NCBI RefSeq assembly: GCF_036321535.1
Contig: NC_087455.1
Coordinates: 10,602,001 to 10,666,000, forward strand
Origin: Camelus dromedarius
Taxonomy: Eukaryota
Length of the DNA: 64,000 nucleotides
Direction of reading: 5' to 3'
This document shows positions 12,153 through 25,170 of this stretch, in pieces. A model generated the notes under the pieces. That model saw only the letters and a program-made list of their open reading frames with translations, ran no database searches and was not told the origin of the DNA. The number at the start of each line of letters is the position of its first letter. Position 1 is the first letter of the stretch. The position numbers were made by a program, and so were the translations under genes.

Positions 12153-13124
12153 TCCAGACAAATCAACCCACAACTATTTCCTGATGACCCACTGTGCGTT
12201 CTGTCCTGGGCTGAGCAAATACAAATGACAATTGTAAGTCTAACTCCTGGACCAAGGCCACAGTGAAGTCCCTGAGTATTCACTGACTTGTTCATGCAAC
12301 CAATCATTGCTAAGCACTAGTCACACACTCCCGTGCTAGAGTTTGGAGTTTGAGTCTGTTCTCCACTGAAAATACAAGTTGCCCGAACTTGACTCAAGTC
12401 GTGATTGATCATCCCCATCATTTGTGTCCATACAGTGTTTTTTTCCATTCTCAGAGCACTTGCCCTGCACGGATGCATTCAGTCCTCCCGAAGACCTGGG
12501 AAAAATGTGAGGCAGGTGTTTAGGGAAACTGAGGGACTGAGAGTTTAAGAGACACAACCGTGATCACACTATAGAATGGTGACTCAAACCGTGGCCTTCT
12601 GTCTTCTTTGAGTCACAGATGTGAGGTTCTGCCTCCCTGGGAGGGATGTGAGGAGCCTGTACTAGCAAAAGATCCCTGTGCGTGGGTGGCCAGAGCCAGC
12701 TGGACCTCAAAGGACCTGGATACATGGAAAGCAAAGGGCAGGAGTCTCACAAATGGATGGAGGGCTGAGCTCCTCGGGGTCCACACGTGCATCCACAGGG
12801 CTCAGCACAGTTCCTGACATGAGCCAAGAATCTAAAACAAAACAACATGAAACAAAAGGCTCTGGGTGGCCGAGAAGGAGCAGAGAAAAGTGGTCAAAGG
12901 CAGGTCAGGGTCAGACAAGCCCTAGGGCCACATCTGTCTGGGCCACTATAGCTGAGTGCCCCAGCGGAGCCCCTGCCTTCTCATCTGTGAAACGGGAATA
13001 ACAGAGCCTTCTCTACAGAATCCAGTGGGACCCAGTGTCAGACACAGCGTCTGGCTTGAAATGGAAATGCCCCTCCAGTGCCCCTCGCTTCCCCTTTTTT
13101 CCTAAGGGGACCTGCTACACCACC

Positions 13125-14055
13125 ACGTTTGTTTGAACTGAGCTGAAATTCATATAAAACTGATCATTTAAAAGGATACAATTCAGTGGTGTTCACGTGC
13201 AGTCATCACCTCTGGTTCCAAAACATATTCACCCCCACAAAACAAAACCTCATCCCCACTACACAGTTATGCCCCATTGCCTCCCGCTCCCAGCAACCAC
13301 CCTTCTGCATTCCATCTTTGTGAATTTACGTCTTCTGGGTATTTCATAGAAATGGAGTCATACAGTATGGGACCCTTTATGTCTGGCTTCTTGTACCTAG
13401 CATACTGTCTTCGAGGTTCATCCGAATAATGTTCCACGTGTGCCTGTATGTGTGTGCATATAGGTAGATAATGGGATATACTCCACTATATTCCATTTTA
13501 TATACATCCCATTGTGTGTATGTATATATCTATATACACATGTGTGCATATATATGTCTCTATATACATATATACGTATCTACATACACACACACCCCAC
13601 ATTGTGTTTATCCATTTATTTCATCCATTGATGGACACTTGTGTTGTTTCCACCTTCTGTTATGGACACTGCTGCTATAAACATTCGTGTACAAGTTTTT
13701 GCAGGGGCATATGTTTTCAACCCTCCTGAGTATATACCTAAGAGTGCAATTGCTAGGCCACATGATAATTCTATATTTCACTTGTCTCCCACAATGGCCG
13801 CACAATTTTACACTTCAACCAGTGATGCATGAGGGTTCCGGTCTCTCCACAACCTCACCAGCACTTGCCAGTGGCTGCTGCTGATTAAAGCCATCCCAGC
13901 AGGTATTAAGAAAGGCCATCTCGGGGTGCTGATCTGCATTTCCATTTCCATCTCTCACATGCTTGCTGGCCATCTGCACAGCCTCTCTGGAGAAATGTCT
14001 ATTCGAATCTTTTGCTCGTTTTTAAATCGGGTTGTTAGTCTTTCTGTGGTTGAGT
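13125..14055 (-). mobile_element. L1MB-type LINE 3' region with an internal TA/CA-rich microsatellite (about 13445-13600)
   Basis: aaaaggatacaattcagtggtg, atttcatagaaatggagtcatacagtatg, tccattgatggacacttgtgttgtttccacc, ggagaaatgtctattcgaatcttttgctcgttttt. Confidence 0.9.
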
Positions 14056-14884
14056 CCTCTGCTGGCTTTGAACAGAGGTGTGGAAAATACTACGCTGCCT
14101 CAAGACTAGCGATCTGGTGGTGACAGGCACCACAGACAGGCAGGGGCCGGGAGGACATGGCTGCTGGGGGCTCGGGAGAAGGTCCGGGGGGAGCACAGAC
14201 ATGGTTAAAACAATCTGGGAAGCGGGCCCAGGAGGAAGGTCAGAGGAGGACACGGGAGGGAAGACTGGGTGACCGAATCCTTACTCTTCTTGGAGCAGCT
14301 GAGGAGGTGATTTCAAGGAATCAGTGGCCAGCTGGTTCCCATTTCCGTGGCGCAGAGAGAGAGAGAGAGAGAAGGATGTGCGCAGCGGGGGAGGGGGGAG
14401 GCAGAGCAGGAGGAAGTGCTTCCATGCGGGCGGGAGAGCTTTACGAGGCCCCAAACCTGGCAGAATCTGCCAACACCCTGCAAGGGCACAGAGCACAGAC
14501 CACGCATGGGGCAGATGGGACCCACCCAAGCAGCAGTACCCTGACGGGGTCTCTCAGGCCACCACGCTCCATGGAAACACCTTCACCAAAGAGGTGGAAT
14601 TGGCCACAGTCACATGTGACCTGGCATTCATCGTGACACCCCGTGGCCTCCCAGCACCAAAGGGCACACGCCCGGGCCAAGCTCCATGGACCACGTTTTC
14701 CGCTCATCCTATGTGCAGAGGGAATCCTGGCTTGCATGTGAGGTGCTGGGGAGCAGAGGTGCAGAGGACCCTGTGCTTGACCTGAGATCTTCACAGCTGA
14801 GGAGACCACCCCCTCCAAACCAGCTGGACGAGGTGACTGAGCTGAGCCTCCAAGCTGGCAAGAAAGAGGAAAGGATGTAAGAGG

Positions 14885-15050
14885 GACCCTATACTTGGAG
14901 TCTGTGGACCTGAGTTCAATCGTAATGCCACCATTTATAAAGTGTTGAATTCCGGCAAATTCCTTAATTGCTCAGAGCCATTCATTCCTCATCTCCCACC
15001 ACAGGGATAACCCAGCTTCTCCACTCGGGTGGCTGTGGAATGACAAGGAG
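14885..15050 (+). mobile_element. MIR fragment
   Basis: ttggagtctgtggacctgagttcaatc...ggcaaattccttaattgctcagagcc..ttcctcatct. Confidence 0.65.
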
Positions 15051-15124
15051 TAACAGTCAACTCCAGAGGGCGGGATGCCCTTTCTGAGGGTAGTGCTGTA
15101 ACCCAGCGGAGCGTTACCTGCATG

Positions 15125-15355
15125 AGCTCTGCAGCCTCTCCCTGGGTTCAGATCCCCACTTGGCCTCTTACATGCAGAGGGATCTTTGGCAGACAGATGA
15201 CTTAACTCCCCTGTGCCTCAGTTTCTTCATCAGTAAAATGGGATGGGGATAACAGTACCTAACTTGTCGAGTAGTCGTGTGCATTTCACGAATTGCCATG
15301 AAGAAACTGCTTTGAAGATGCCTGGGAACTGCTCAAAAAATTAGCTATTATGTGA
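15125..15355 (+). mobile_element. MIR SINE
   Basis: acttaactcccctgtgcctcagtttcttcatcagtaaaatggg...gataacagtacctaac. Confidence 0.85.
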
Positions 15356-16600
15356 CTATATAACCCTCAGTAAAACTAACCGCCCTTTTTTCTAAACTAT
15401 CTACGTGATTAGTATAGATTTCTGCAGGGAGCTAGGTCCCAGCTCCAAAGGCTCAGAAACTACAGTCACAGAATTTTAAAACAGGCGGGATCTAAGGAGA
15501 TGGACTGTCTGTCAAGGCAGTGAAGAGACGTCCAAAGGCCCAAGGCTCACCCCGCTGGGGGCCCAAATCCAAGTCCGCTCCAAAGGCGGGAGCACCCCAG
15601 CCCCTCCCGCACCCACCCACATCCCGCACGGAGCCGCACCCATTCTTTATCCATCCTGAAACCGCACCGCCCAGGGGCCTGCTGTGAGGTTCAGTTAAAC
15701 TGTTCAGGGAGAGGAAAGCCTCGCTTTCTGCCTTCGCCTGAGATAAGAGGCATCTGAGACCCGAAAGGAGCCCAGATGTCCCCGCAGCCCTGACTCCAGG
15801 CACAATGGAGACAATCAGCGTCCCGGAGCAGGCAGGCGTGCTGACATGCCCACAGATGCAGCCGGTGCTAAGCTCTGGCTCTAAGGCTATGCCTTCGGGC
15901 AACTTCCTTAACCTCCCAGGGCTTCAGTCTCCTCATCTGTAAATCGGTGGATACAGGGGGGCTGTGGCAGTGATGGAGAAATAAGGAGCCCCAAGCAGCA
16001 CGCGGCTGGCAGGAGTCCCCCGGGGGCTCCAGCCCTGCACTTCGCAGCAGCTGCTGCGGTCACGTTCACAGGTCCCAGCCCGGGGCTGGCAGTGAGGGGC
16101 CTCTGTCAGGCCAGGAGGCTAAGCGCTGGGAGCCAGGAGCAGGGCCATTCCGCTCTGTCCTGTGGGTCAGAGGAGCCAGGCTCCAAGCTCTCCGGGCAGA
16201 AGGCAGCGTTCCTGGGGAAGGGGCTCCCAGCACAGACATGCCTGGATCTACACAACTGACACAGGCCCCCTGAGAAAGCAATGTCCAGAACAAAGGACCG
16301 CCGCTGTCAACAAGAGGGAGAAGTTACCGAGAGAAGCCGGGCAGAGGTGGAAACCAACGTGGGAGGCCAGGCGGCCTGGGAGTCCCGCGTGGTGCAGAGT
16401 AGCTGGAGGAGCAGATGGGTATCCACAGGCTGAGCTTGCCCCAGAGTCTCAGAGCACAGGCCCTGGGGCTGACAACCTGCGCGATGCTGAAGTAAAGCCC
16501 ACATCCCCATCTCTTCCAGAATCCTCAACTGTGGGGTCTTTGTCAGAGCTTCTGCAGGAAGCCTGACCCACCAAATGCTAGCACAGGAATGCCTTACGAT

Positions 16601-16741
16601 NNNNNNNNNNNNNNNNNNNNNNNNNNNNNNNNNNNNNNNNNNNNNNNNNNNNNNNNNNNNNNNNNNNNNNNNNNNNNNNNNNNNNNNNNNNNNNNNNNNN
16701 NNNNNNNNNNNNNNNNNNNNNNNNNNNNNNNNNNNNNNNNN
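16601..16741. other. Assembly gap (141 N)
   Basis: N run. Confidence 0.99.
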
Positions 16742-17000
16742 GCTTGTACAGTGGTTAACAGCACAGGCTCTGGAATCAGACTGCTGGGGCTGGAATACCA
16801 ATGCAGCCACTTTTAGCTGTGTGACCTCAGATACTGTACTTGACCTCTCTGATTCTCCATTTTTCTCATCTGTAAAATGGGGTTAATCATAGTGCTGCAA
16901 TGCTGGGTGACTGCAGGAATTAAATCATCGAAAAGACGATGCCTGATTCGCATTGCCCAGGACTAGATGAGTGTCAGCTCTGATTAGTTACTAATGTAAT
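16742..17000 (+). mobile_element. MIR SINE, near full length
   Basis: gtggttaacagcacaggctctggaatcagactg...tagctgtgtgacctcag...ttctcatctgtaaaatggggttaatcatagt. Confidence 0.85.
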
Positions 17001-18014
17001 TGCTACCATCAGGAAGTCATTTAATTTCACTGATCTGACTGGTACGCTGATCTTCATGGGGTGTGAATCGGACAGAGATTTACCAGCAACAGAGAACATT
17101 TAAGAAAGAGGGAGGACTTAACCTTCTTCTTTGGCCTCCTATAAGCATGACTATTTCTGGTCAGGATTTCACACCTACCCCACAAAACAGAGGTCCCTAC
17201 CCCTAGTTTGCAGATGAGGACACCAAAGCTCAGAGAGGCCCAGGCCACAGAGCTGGTTCCAAAGCTAGGAAATATGTCAAGGGAAAGAAAAACAAACCTG
17301 AAAAGCATCAGCCCCTCCTGCATGTTTTCATCGCTGCACACCTTCACCCGCACCAGCTCCTGGCCCCCATCACCCCAATCCTTCTCCCCTCATAGACCCC
17401 CCTTCATGGTCGGGGGACACAAGTCTGAGATGGGCCCCACATAAGCACTCCAGTAACTGCTCCTCCGGCCCGAATGCAGCAGGCTGACTTCTAGGCAGGG
17501 ACAAGGATGGACACGACGTGCAGGGCCCTTGGGACTGACCCCCCTCCACATGCATAGCCTCCGCACCCCCATCCCCATTAGAAAAACCACCCCCCATTCT
17601 TGTGCTGCAGGGACCCAGTGAATCCAGGCCGCAGTGACCACCTTGGCCCCCGCAAGTCTCATGTACCAACAATCCTAGAAGAAAAAGAACACAGAGGGGC
17701 CGCTTCCATCTGGTTCCAAAATCCTTTAGCTGAACAACTCCCCCACCACCCTCACTCCAGGTGGTCGGTCACAACCTTCCAGTGGGGAGACCCCACGTCC
17801 CTGAAGGGGCTGCCCGGTGCCTGGCTTTCCAACCTGCAGGCTTCCCCATTCCCGGGGCCCCACCCCACCCCTGCAAGCCCCCCATGCCCCCTAAGGAGAG
17901 CACTGACCCCCAGCAGAGCCCCAGTGGTTCTGAAAGGTCCATCCCACCCACTGAGCTCACATATGAAAAACAGTTGTCCAGGGAGCTCCCTCCGCGCACT
18001 GAACATCGTGCACG

Positions 18015-18172
18015 TCGAGGAACACCAAAGACTGCTGGCAATCACCAAAAACCAGGAAGGACAAGGACGGATTCTTCCTCAGAGCCTTCAGAGGGGGCCT
18101 GGTTCTGCCAGGAACTTGACTTCAGACTCTAGCCTTCAGAACCATGAGAATTAATTTCTGTTTTTTAAGCCA
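18015..18172 (+). mobile_element. MLT1 (MaLR) LTR 3' fragment, MLT1C-like
   Basis: gattcttcctcagagccttcagag...gacttcagactctagccttcagaaccatgagaattaatttctgttttttaagccac. Confidence 0.8.
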
Positions 18173-18269
18173 CAAACACAAATAAACACAAACAAAAACA
18201 ACAACACTGAGTATGTGCCAGCTCAGGAAGTATCCCCTTGGGGGGTGGGGGACGCAAGGCAGGGAACTA

Positions 18270-18385
18270 GTTTGCTCCCATTGTGCAGCTGGGGAAACTG
18301 AGGCTCAGAGAAGAACCTGATCTAGGGTCACACGCTCCTAAGTAATGAGGCCACAACGCAAACGCAGGCTCCTCACTCTGAGACA
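18270..18385 (-). mobile_element. MIR fragment
   Basis: cccattgtgcagctggggaaactgaggctcagaga...ggtcacac. Confidence 0.7.
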
Positions 18386-21300
18386 CATCACTTCAAACAC
18401 CTTTAACACTGTCTTCCTGCTGCTTCATCTGATGTAAGGAGGGGGAGATGAGTCTTTCCCTGAGAACACAGCAGACACCCACTTACAACCACTGATCATC
18501 TGACTGGCAAACGGCAGCCAGTCAGCAAGGGGGAACGTGGCCGGCGGGTCCCATCCCCTTTAATTTTGAAAAGCCTCCGCTGTGCCTCTGGAGAGTTCCA
18601 CATTCATCAGCAAACGTGCACTGGCCCCAAGTTAAGGGCTCTGAACACCAGGGGAGCCAGAACCTGGTCCTCCCACCAGAAACGCTCCTGGCTCCTGGGA
18701 GAGACAGACCCACGGGGCAGAAGTACATCAGACAAAAGAGCAAAGGGCACCGAGGGCAGAGCAACCAGCTCGGCAGGGGAAGCCGGGACACCATGCAGAC
18801 CTCAAAGCCAAGACGGGATGAGGGCAGGACGGGGAAAGCCGCCCAGCAGGTGTGCCATCTCCCTTCACCACCAGTGATGGTGGCGCGCTTCACCCCTCAT
18901 GACAGTGGCCCTTGTGACAGTGGTGGCTCTTCCACCCACACTCTGAGGAGCTGCTCCTCGGACCCTAAAGCAAGCTTGGAAGCCAGCAGTCCTGGGAGAC
19001 CCAGTCTCAACCACCGGACTCTGGGAACTTTTAACCAGAAGTCCCACCTCGGATTAAGAGCTGAGCCTGGAACCCCGAAGGACGGATGAAGCCAAGTAAC
19101 GAGGACCAATTCTCCAAACCGCTGACCTTCCTGAAAACACGAAGCCCAGGTGCCCCGAAACCAGCTGTGCGTGGAAGGCTGGCAGCGTGGCTGGGTTTCC
19201 TGGAGTCGCAGCCCACGTCGCCTCGATGGATTACCCAGAAACAGAAAGCAAAGAGGCAAATGCCAAAAAGATGAGGCAGCCCCAGAAAGAAGCCCGAGAA
19301 AGGCACAGAGGATGCACAGGCGCCGGATAAGTGAAATGGCATTTCCTTCTTAGTCACTGGAGGGCACGGGCCCAAATCCAGGCGAGGGAGGCCAATGCAG
19401 CCATGAGTATCGGCTTCTTGTTCCTGGGAGAGAAACTGAATCGGAAGCTGGCACAGAATGTGCCTTCCTCTTCCCTAGCCCCCTCCCTCCCCTTCCCCTG
19501 CCCCTCGCCCCCTCCCCACTGCCTCCATAAATTCTTGGCTTGGGAAATCTGAAATCTGTAATCCCTAGGGCGGTAACTGAGAACACAAAAGTCCTTCAAC
19601 ACAGCAAGGACCCATGGAAAACAATCCAAAGATTTCACATTATTTTTTTGCAGCCCAGGCTTCCTGACCCGAATCTGGGCATTTGAGTCGCCATGTCACC
19701 AACCAGGAGTCTGTCCACTCCATGAGCTGAATGGTCTGCAGCGTGGGTTCTTCCCCTTCCCACCCGCCCTGCCTGCCCCGCCCCCCTCCCCGGTGGTCAC
19801 CCAGCCAGCGAGCACCCAGCAAGCCTGCAGAGCCGGGCTGTCGCTTCCAGTCATCCCCGAGCGCCAGCCAGCGGGTGACGACTTCCAGAGGCACTGCAGG
19901 GGAACTGGGGACTGGAAACATAGCAGGCGAGTGTCACTTCCATCAGCCCCCCCACAGGGCCCCCACTGCCCATCTGGGACCAGAGTCCCAGCACCTCCCG
20001 CAATGCATTCGGACATTTCTGGGGCGGGGCGCAGGCGGCCTGGGGCGCGTGGTCAGGAGTCCCAGGGAGGCCTGGAACCGCAGCCTCGGCCGTCCTGGCT
20101 GGGTGTCTGAACCCATCTGAGCCTTCACCTTCACACCTGTAACCTTAGAATCATAGCATTTACACCTCTGGGGGTGGCTGGGAGGATTATTTCAATCTTG
20201 GCATACAGGAGGCCCTCAATAAAGGTTCAAAAACACAAGCACTGTGTCATCAAGGCCTACACATCAACGCCTGCTAGGCCGCCTAAGCCAAGACCTCGAC
20301 ACCTGACAGAATGTTGGGGAACAAGACTCAAACCTTATGCCACAGAAGCATCAGGAAAGCTCTGGCTTCTCCAGACAGCAAAACAGAGTCCCCCACCTCG
20401 TGCCCGTCCCATCCCAACACCTGAGAGCAACGTGACCCAGCCTAGGGTACAGGGCATCGCAAGTCCCCTGCTTCCAAGGGGTTCACAGGCTCCCAGAGAG
20501 ACACTCAGTAGACAGACTGTTGCAACAGGACAGTGCTGTGGCAACCTCTGGCAGGGCTGACAGTGTGCATTCCCCGTACCCTGAGCCCCTGGGGACCCAC
20601 AAGTGCACCTGGAGATGTGTGCAGGGAAGCTCACCCTGGCACTGCCTGCAGCCGCAAAAACCCGCAAATAACCCAAAGTCCACCACGAGGTGCGTGAAGG
20701 AGCAGACACAGCAGAAGCACCACCCAAACATAACTCGGGGTGAAAAGACATCATGCTCCTTCCATGAGGTTTTTAAATACACAAAGGGTACCTCAAGTGG
20801 CCTCCAAGTAGATGTGTAACAGAAGTATAAGAAGGTGATCTATTACAGCCCAAATTCAGGAAAGTGAATCTTCTGTGAAGGGAAAAAAGTGGAAGGGGAG
20901 AAACGGCCCCACTAACTTCCACTTTATTTTTTATTTCTTCACAAGCAATGATCCAAAGCAAACACGCCACATCATTTAACACTTGTTAATCCCAGCAGGT
21001 GGGAATAGGGTCGTTGTTAGATGACCTTTTGTGGCTTCTTGTTTTGTGTTTCAGATCTGGACGATTCATTTCATGCAAAGAAACCCTCAAACTCAGCAGA
21101 TTCTAAGGTCCAGCAAGTCAGTGAGAAGGACGGGGTAAAGCAGAGAGCTGGGGGCACCCGTAGGGAGGCGGGGCTGACTGGCCTTAACCCTGACGAATGT
21201 GCTGGACCCAGTCACCTCTGCCCACTCCACACTCTCTCCCCGAGGAATCAGGCTCAGCCCTGACGTCTGGCCAGACACAGCCACGCTGCCAGGTTCTCAG

Positions 21301-22486
21301 GCACTTTCCCAGAGGTGACTCATTTGGTCCTCTTAACAAGCACGTGAGGGGAACCAGGCAAAGACCGCCCTGCCCTCCTCATCAAAAGAGGAGGGGCTGG
21401 AGCCTCAGAAAAGTCCCAAAAAAGACCTCAGCTGACTGAACAACTGGAAACCAGGACAGTCACAAAAGCAATCTGACTTGCAAATCTGACTTACATCCAG
21501 GGTTTACTACATGTCAGGTTCCGAGAGGAGGGACCAACCACTGGTCAGCTTTTATAACTCAAGTCATCTAATTTTCACAATACCTAGCTTCACAGAGGAG
21601 GCAACGAGGCCCAGAGAGGCCAAGCATCCTACCCAAGGTCACATAGCCAGGAAACATCAGATTTTCTAACATGCCCTCATCACCTTCCCGGAGCACTTCT
21701 CTGTCAGGAAAATTCTTTGTAGGATGAGCATCCTCGTAGTCCCAGAACATGCAACAAGGAGCTTCCAGGGCCCCGGGGTGAGCAGGAAGCTGGGAGCCTG
21801 TCCTGGCTCATGTTTATTTGTTTATGTCATTGCCTCCCGCTAAACCTCTCGGTGACTCAGAGACCTCACCAGGAGCAGCTGCTCTTTGGTTGCAGCCAGA
21901 TAAGCCTCGCTGGGGAAGGAGGAGGTGGGGGGGGGTCAAAGCAGTTCCTGGTAATTAGGTGGAGCTGACCCCCTCTCCCCAGAAATCCTCACCCCATTCG
22001 GGAGTCACAGAGGGTAGCAGATAGGTAGAGGGGAGGGTAAGACCCCACTTGTAGCAACTGCCTTGCAAAACCAGCTGTTAGCATGGCTGACACTTTAACA
22101 AGACAAAGAAAGGGGGACCGAGCCTGCCCCCACCACGGGAAATAACCCGCTTCCGGGCAAGGTGACAAGTGAGGAGAGCAACCGGGGCAGACGGGCACAA
22201 ATGCTCACAGCCAAGGCCCTGCAGCTCCTCAAAGGCCCACGGAGTCCCAGACACAGAGCTGGGCTCCGGCCGCCGACATGCTAGCCACGGCACCGCACTG
22301 CCTAGCTCTGGTCTCCAAAGCCTCTTCCGAAAGATTCCAGAAAGCAGAAACACAGACATCTCTTGGAACTGTAGCAATCAGCAAAAGCCTGTTCTCTTTA
22401 TCCAACTCCACTAGTCCTAACTGAATAGGATGCATGGGTCAGGATGCATGGGTCCTAATGTCAGAATGACGGGAAAAAAATGTTAT

Positions 22487-22790
22487 GGGGCGGGGAAGGG
22501 GGTGGGAAGGGATAGATTAAGAATTCTAGATTTGCAGATACTAACTATGGTATATAACATAGATAAACAAGAGGTTTATACTGTATAGCACAAGGAACTT
22601 TATTCAGTATCTTATAGTAACCTATAATGAAAAAGAATATGAAAAGGAATATATGTATGTGTATATATGACTGAAACAGTACGCTGTACACCAGAAACTG
22701 ACACACTGTAAACCAATTGTATTTCAATTTTTTAAAAAGCCAGGAAAAAAGAAAACTTTTATCTTGGTCCAAAAAGAAAAATGTTCTTTT
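22487..22790 (+). mobile_element. 5'-truncated cetartiodactyl-type L1 3' end
   Basis: G-rich tract, then gatactaactatggtatataacatagataaacaagagg...ctgtatagcacaaggaac...gtaacctataatgaaaaagaatatg...gctgtacaccagaaactgacacactgtaa; possible short TSD aaaaatgtt. Confidence 0.9.
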
Positions 22791-23384
22791 TTCTTTTTAA
22801 AGGCACCTTCTCACACAGCCCCTGGCTCCAGCCTCCTTTGGAGGGCTGAGAAACATTCCCCAACTTTTTCAAAGGTGTCCGCCTTTCCCACGATGGCCTA
22901 CCTGGCCCCGTTGGGTAACTGCCAAAGCCTCTCTCATTAACCAGGTTAACCAGGCACCGTAGGGGAAAGGTTCAAACTCACCCACCCGGGCCTAGGCTTC
23001 CTGCGGCCAAGGCCATGGTCCTGACCCACCGCGTGAGAGTTCTTTTGTGCAGTTGCTATAAAACTTCCATTGCCTCCAAATGTGCTCGGGGATCATGGGG
23101 CACTGGGAAAGGGGTGGGAGGTCAAACAGAGACCCTCTTGGAATCTACCCACTTCATTAACTCCGGAATTCCACAGGCCAGTGTTTTCTCAAGACTTTTT
23201 ACACTAAACACTCACCTAAGAGGAGGGGACTGCCATTCCCACACCACAGGCTCCAGCTGAAAAAAGCCAGGACCTGGCTTCCTGGGATGCGGGAGGAGGG
23301 AGGCCAGCAGCCCCTGGGCTCCCACAGGGAGGAATTAACATTGACAGCAAATCCGCAGGGAAGAGCTAGAGATTCAGCATTGGT

Positions 23385-23490
23385 GTTATGATCCTGACTT
23401 TGCAGGTGATGAAAGTGAGGCTCAGAGACATTTAGCAACTACAGCAAGGTCACACAGCTATGAAACAGCAAAGCTTCAAAAACCTGTGTT
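23385..23490 (-). mobile_element. MIR fragment
   Basis: ttgcaggtgatgaaagtgaggctcagagacatttagcaactacagcaaggtcacacagcta. Confidence 0.75.
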
Positions 23491-23997
23491 TTGCTCCAAA
23501 GACCATAGCTTTCCAAAAACTGCAGCTATCAGCCAAAGGAAGGCAAGGATTTCATAGACTCTCTCAGCCACTCTGTGAAGTAGGACACGGTAGCTGTGCC
23601 TGGAGCCCAGGCCGGTCACTCAAATTAGCCCTGAGAGCTGTGTGTAATTCAGGGACTGGACAGGGCACCCAACACTGAAATCACTCCTCTGAACTGACTC
23701 CCTAAATTGTCACTGAGCTGACCCCTTGCTGATGCACAGGCCTTTAGGTTTTATTATGGGTCAAATCAGAGGCTGGGCCACAGTAAGCCCTCAGCAAATG
23801 TTTGCTGCCCACATGACAAGAGAACTGGCGGTGGGGAGCTCTTTCATAATTTCTGTGAAATCCCAGAGCAAGCACTGTCCATACGCCACTTAACAAGCGT
23901 CACAGAGAGACTACATCTTGCACCAAGTTTTTTTCAGTGTTTGGGATCCAGGAGGAGTCTCTCGCTTTTAAAGTCAAACAGGTTTCCTTCATTTAGA

Positions 23998-24205
23998 CCA
24001 AGGGGCAAACTACAGCCTGCAGGCCCACTGCCAGTTCTTACAAATAAAGTTTTATTGGAACACAGCCATGCCCATTCACTTACATCCTGCCTATGGCTGC
24101 CTTCCAGACACGAAGGCAGAACTGACTAGTAGTGACAGAACCGTACGGCCCACAAAGCCGAAAATATTTACCAACTAGCCCTCGAGAGAAAAAGCCAAAC
24201 CTTGA
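23998..24205 (+). mobile_element. MER58A (hAT-Charlie DNA transposon)
   Basis: ggcaaactacagcctgcaggcc...aaataaagttttattggaacacagccatgcccattc...ggcccacaaagccgaaaatatttacc closely matches the MER58A consensus. Confidence 0.92.
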
Positions 24206-24364
24206 TTCAGACACAAATATGACCCACTCGGTGTATTGCGCTAGCTAGGAAGTCAGAACTAAATTTAATGCTCAATTTCCGTAACTGACGCATCCTTGAC
24301 GTTCTTTATTTCCTTAGGTCTGTCTATTCAGATCTTCTCATTCCATTTGAACACTTTGTTTAAA

Positions 24365-24490
24365 AATAGCTAATAACCCCTGAGTGCTTATTATATGTCA
24401 GGCACTGAAGTAAGCCCTTCCATATGGTCTCATTTAATTCTCACAATAAATCCATAGGGCAGGTAAAAGTATGCCCTATTTATTGGGGAG
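24365..24490 (-). mobile_element. MIR fragment
   Basis: gagtgcttattatatgtcaggcactg...ctcatttaattctcacaataaatccatagggcaggt. Confidence 0.8.
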
Positions 24491-24919
24491 AAAAGGATGA
24501 AAAAAATGAATGAATGAGTCATCGACTGATTGCATGCTGGGAGTATTTACAATTTCACAGTCCAATCTCAGAGAGGAAAACGGGTTGACCGGAGAACTTC
24601 GGGCGCTCAATAAGTAACAGACTTGGCAGAGCCAAACTCAGCAGCCACCATCAATTTGAGCAGAATTACAAGATTATGAAGCACTATCGTTCTGAGGTTC
24701 TTCTTATTTTCGATCTAGCTTCAGACTGAGCTGTGCAATCACTCCATCATGAATCTTCTGGATTTGGGGAGGATCTCGGTGGACTAAATGACACAGCTAA
24801 CAGGAAGCAGGACACAGAGCCTCTCAGGTCACAGGAGGGGAGATGCTCTGTCTAGCGACGTGGCCGGAGCCGCACCGCCAGCGTTACCACCAATCCAAGC
24901 AAGGACGTGTGCTCCAAAT

Positions 24920-25170
24920 CCAGCCCTTCTCAGGAGGGCTGTGTTCACCTGCTGTTACCTTAACATTTTCGCAAAACTGATCCTTTTTAACCTTACATAT
25001 CTACACCCCAAGCAGTAACATCCACAAAACCGCAAATCTCCTGTGCCAATCGTGGTCTTTCTAATTCAAGTTTGAATCAATATGAAACAATTATTTTTTT
25101 TACTATGTTTGCCCCTCTGTAACCTAAAGTCATCACGTACACCTCCCTGCACGCACTAAGAACCACTGGC
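24920..25170. mobile_element. Probable hAT-Charlie-type DNA transposon remnant
   Basis: AT-rich body ending aagtcatcacgtacacc...aagaaccactgg, a Charlie/MER-like terminus; family not identified. Confidence 0.4.

Noticed and set aside
15055-15075. CTCF-like word ACTCCAGAGGGCGG
   Set aside because: A 12/14 match is expected by chance in 64 kb of GC-rich DNA; it needs ChIP or conservation support.
22425-22455. Short direct duplication ggatgcatgggtc x2 (similarly tgtcttaattcac x2 near 28715-28750)
   Set aside because: Ordinary micro-duplication by slippage, with no intervening element or other structure.
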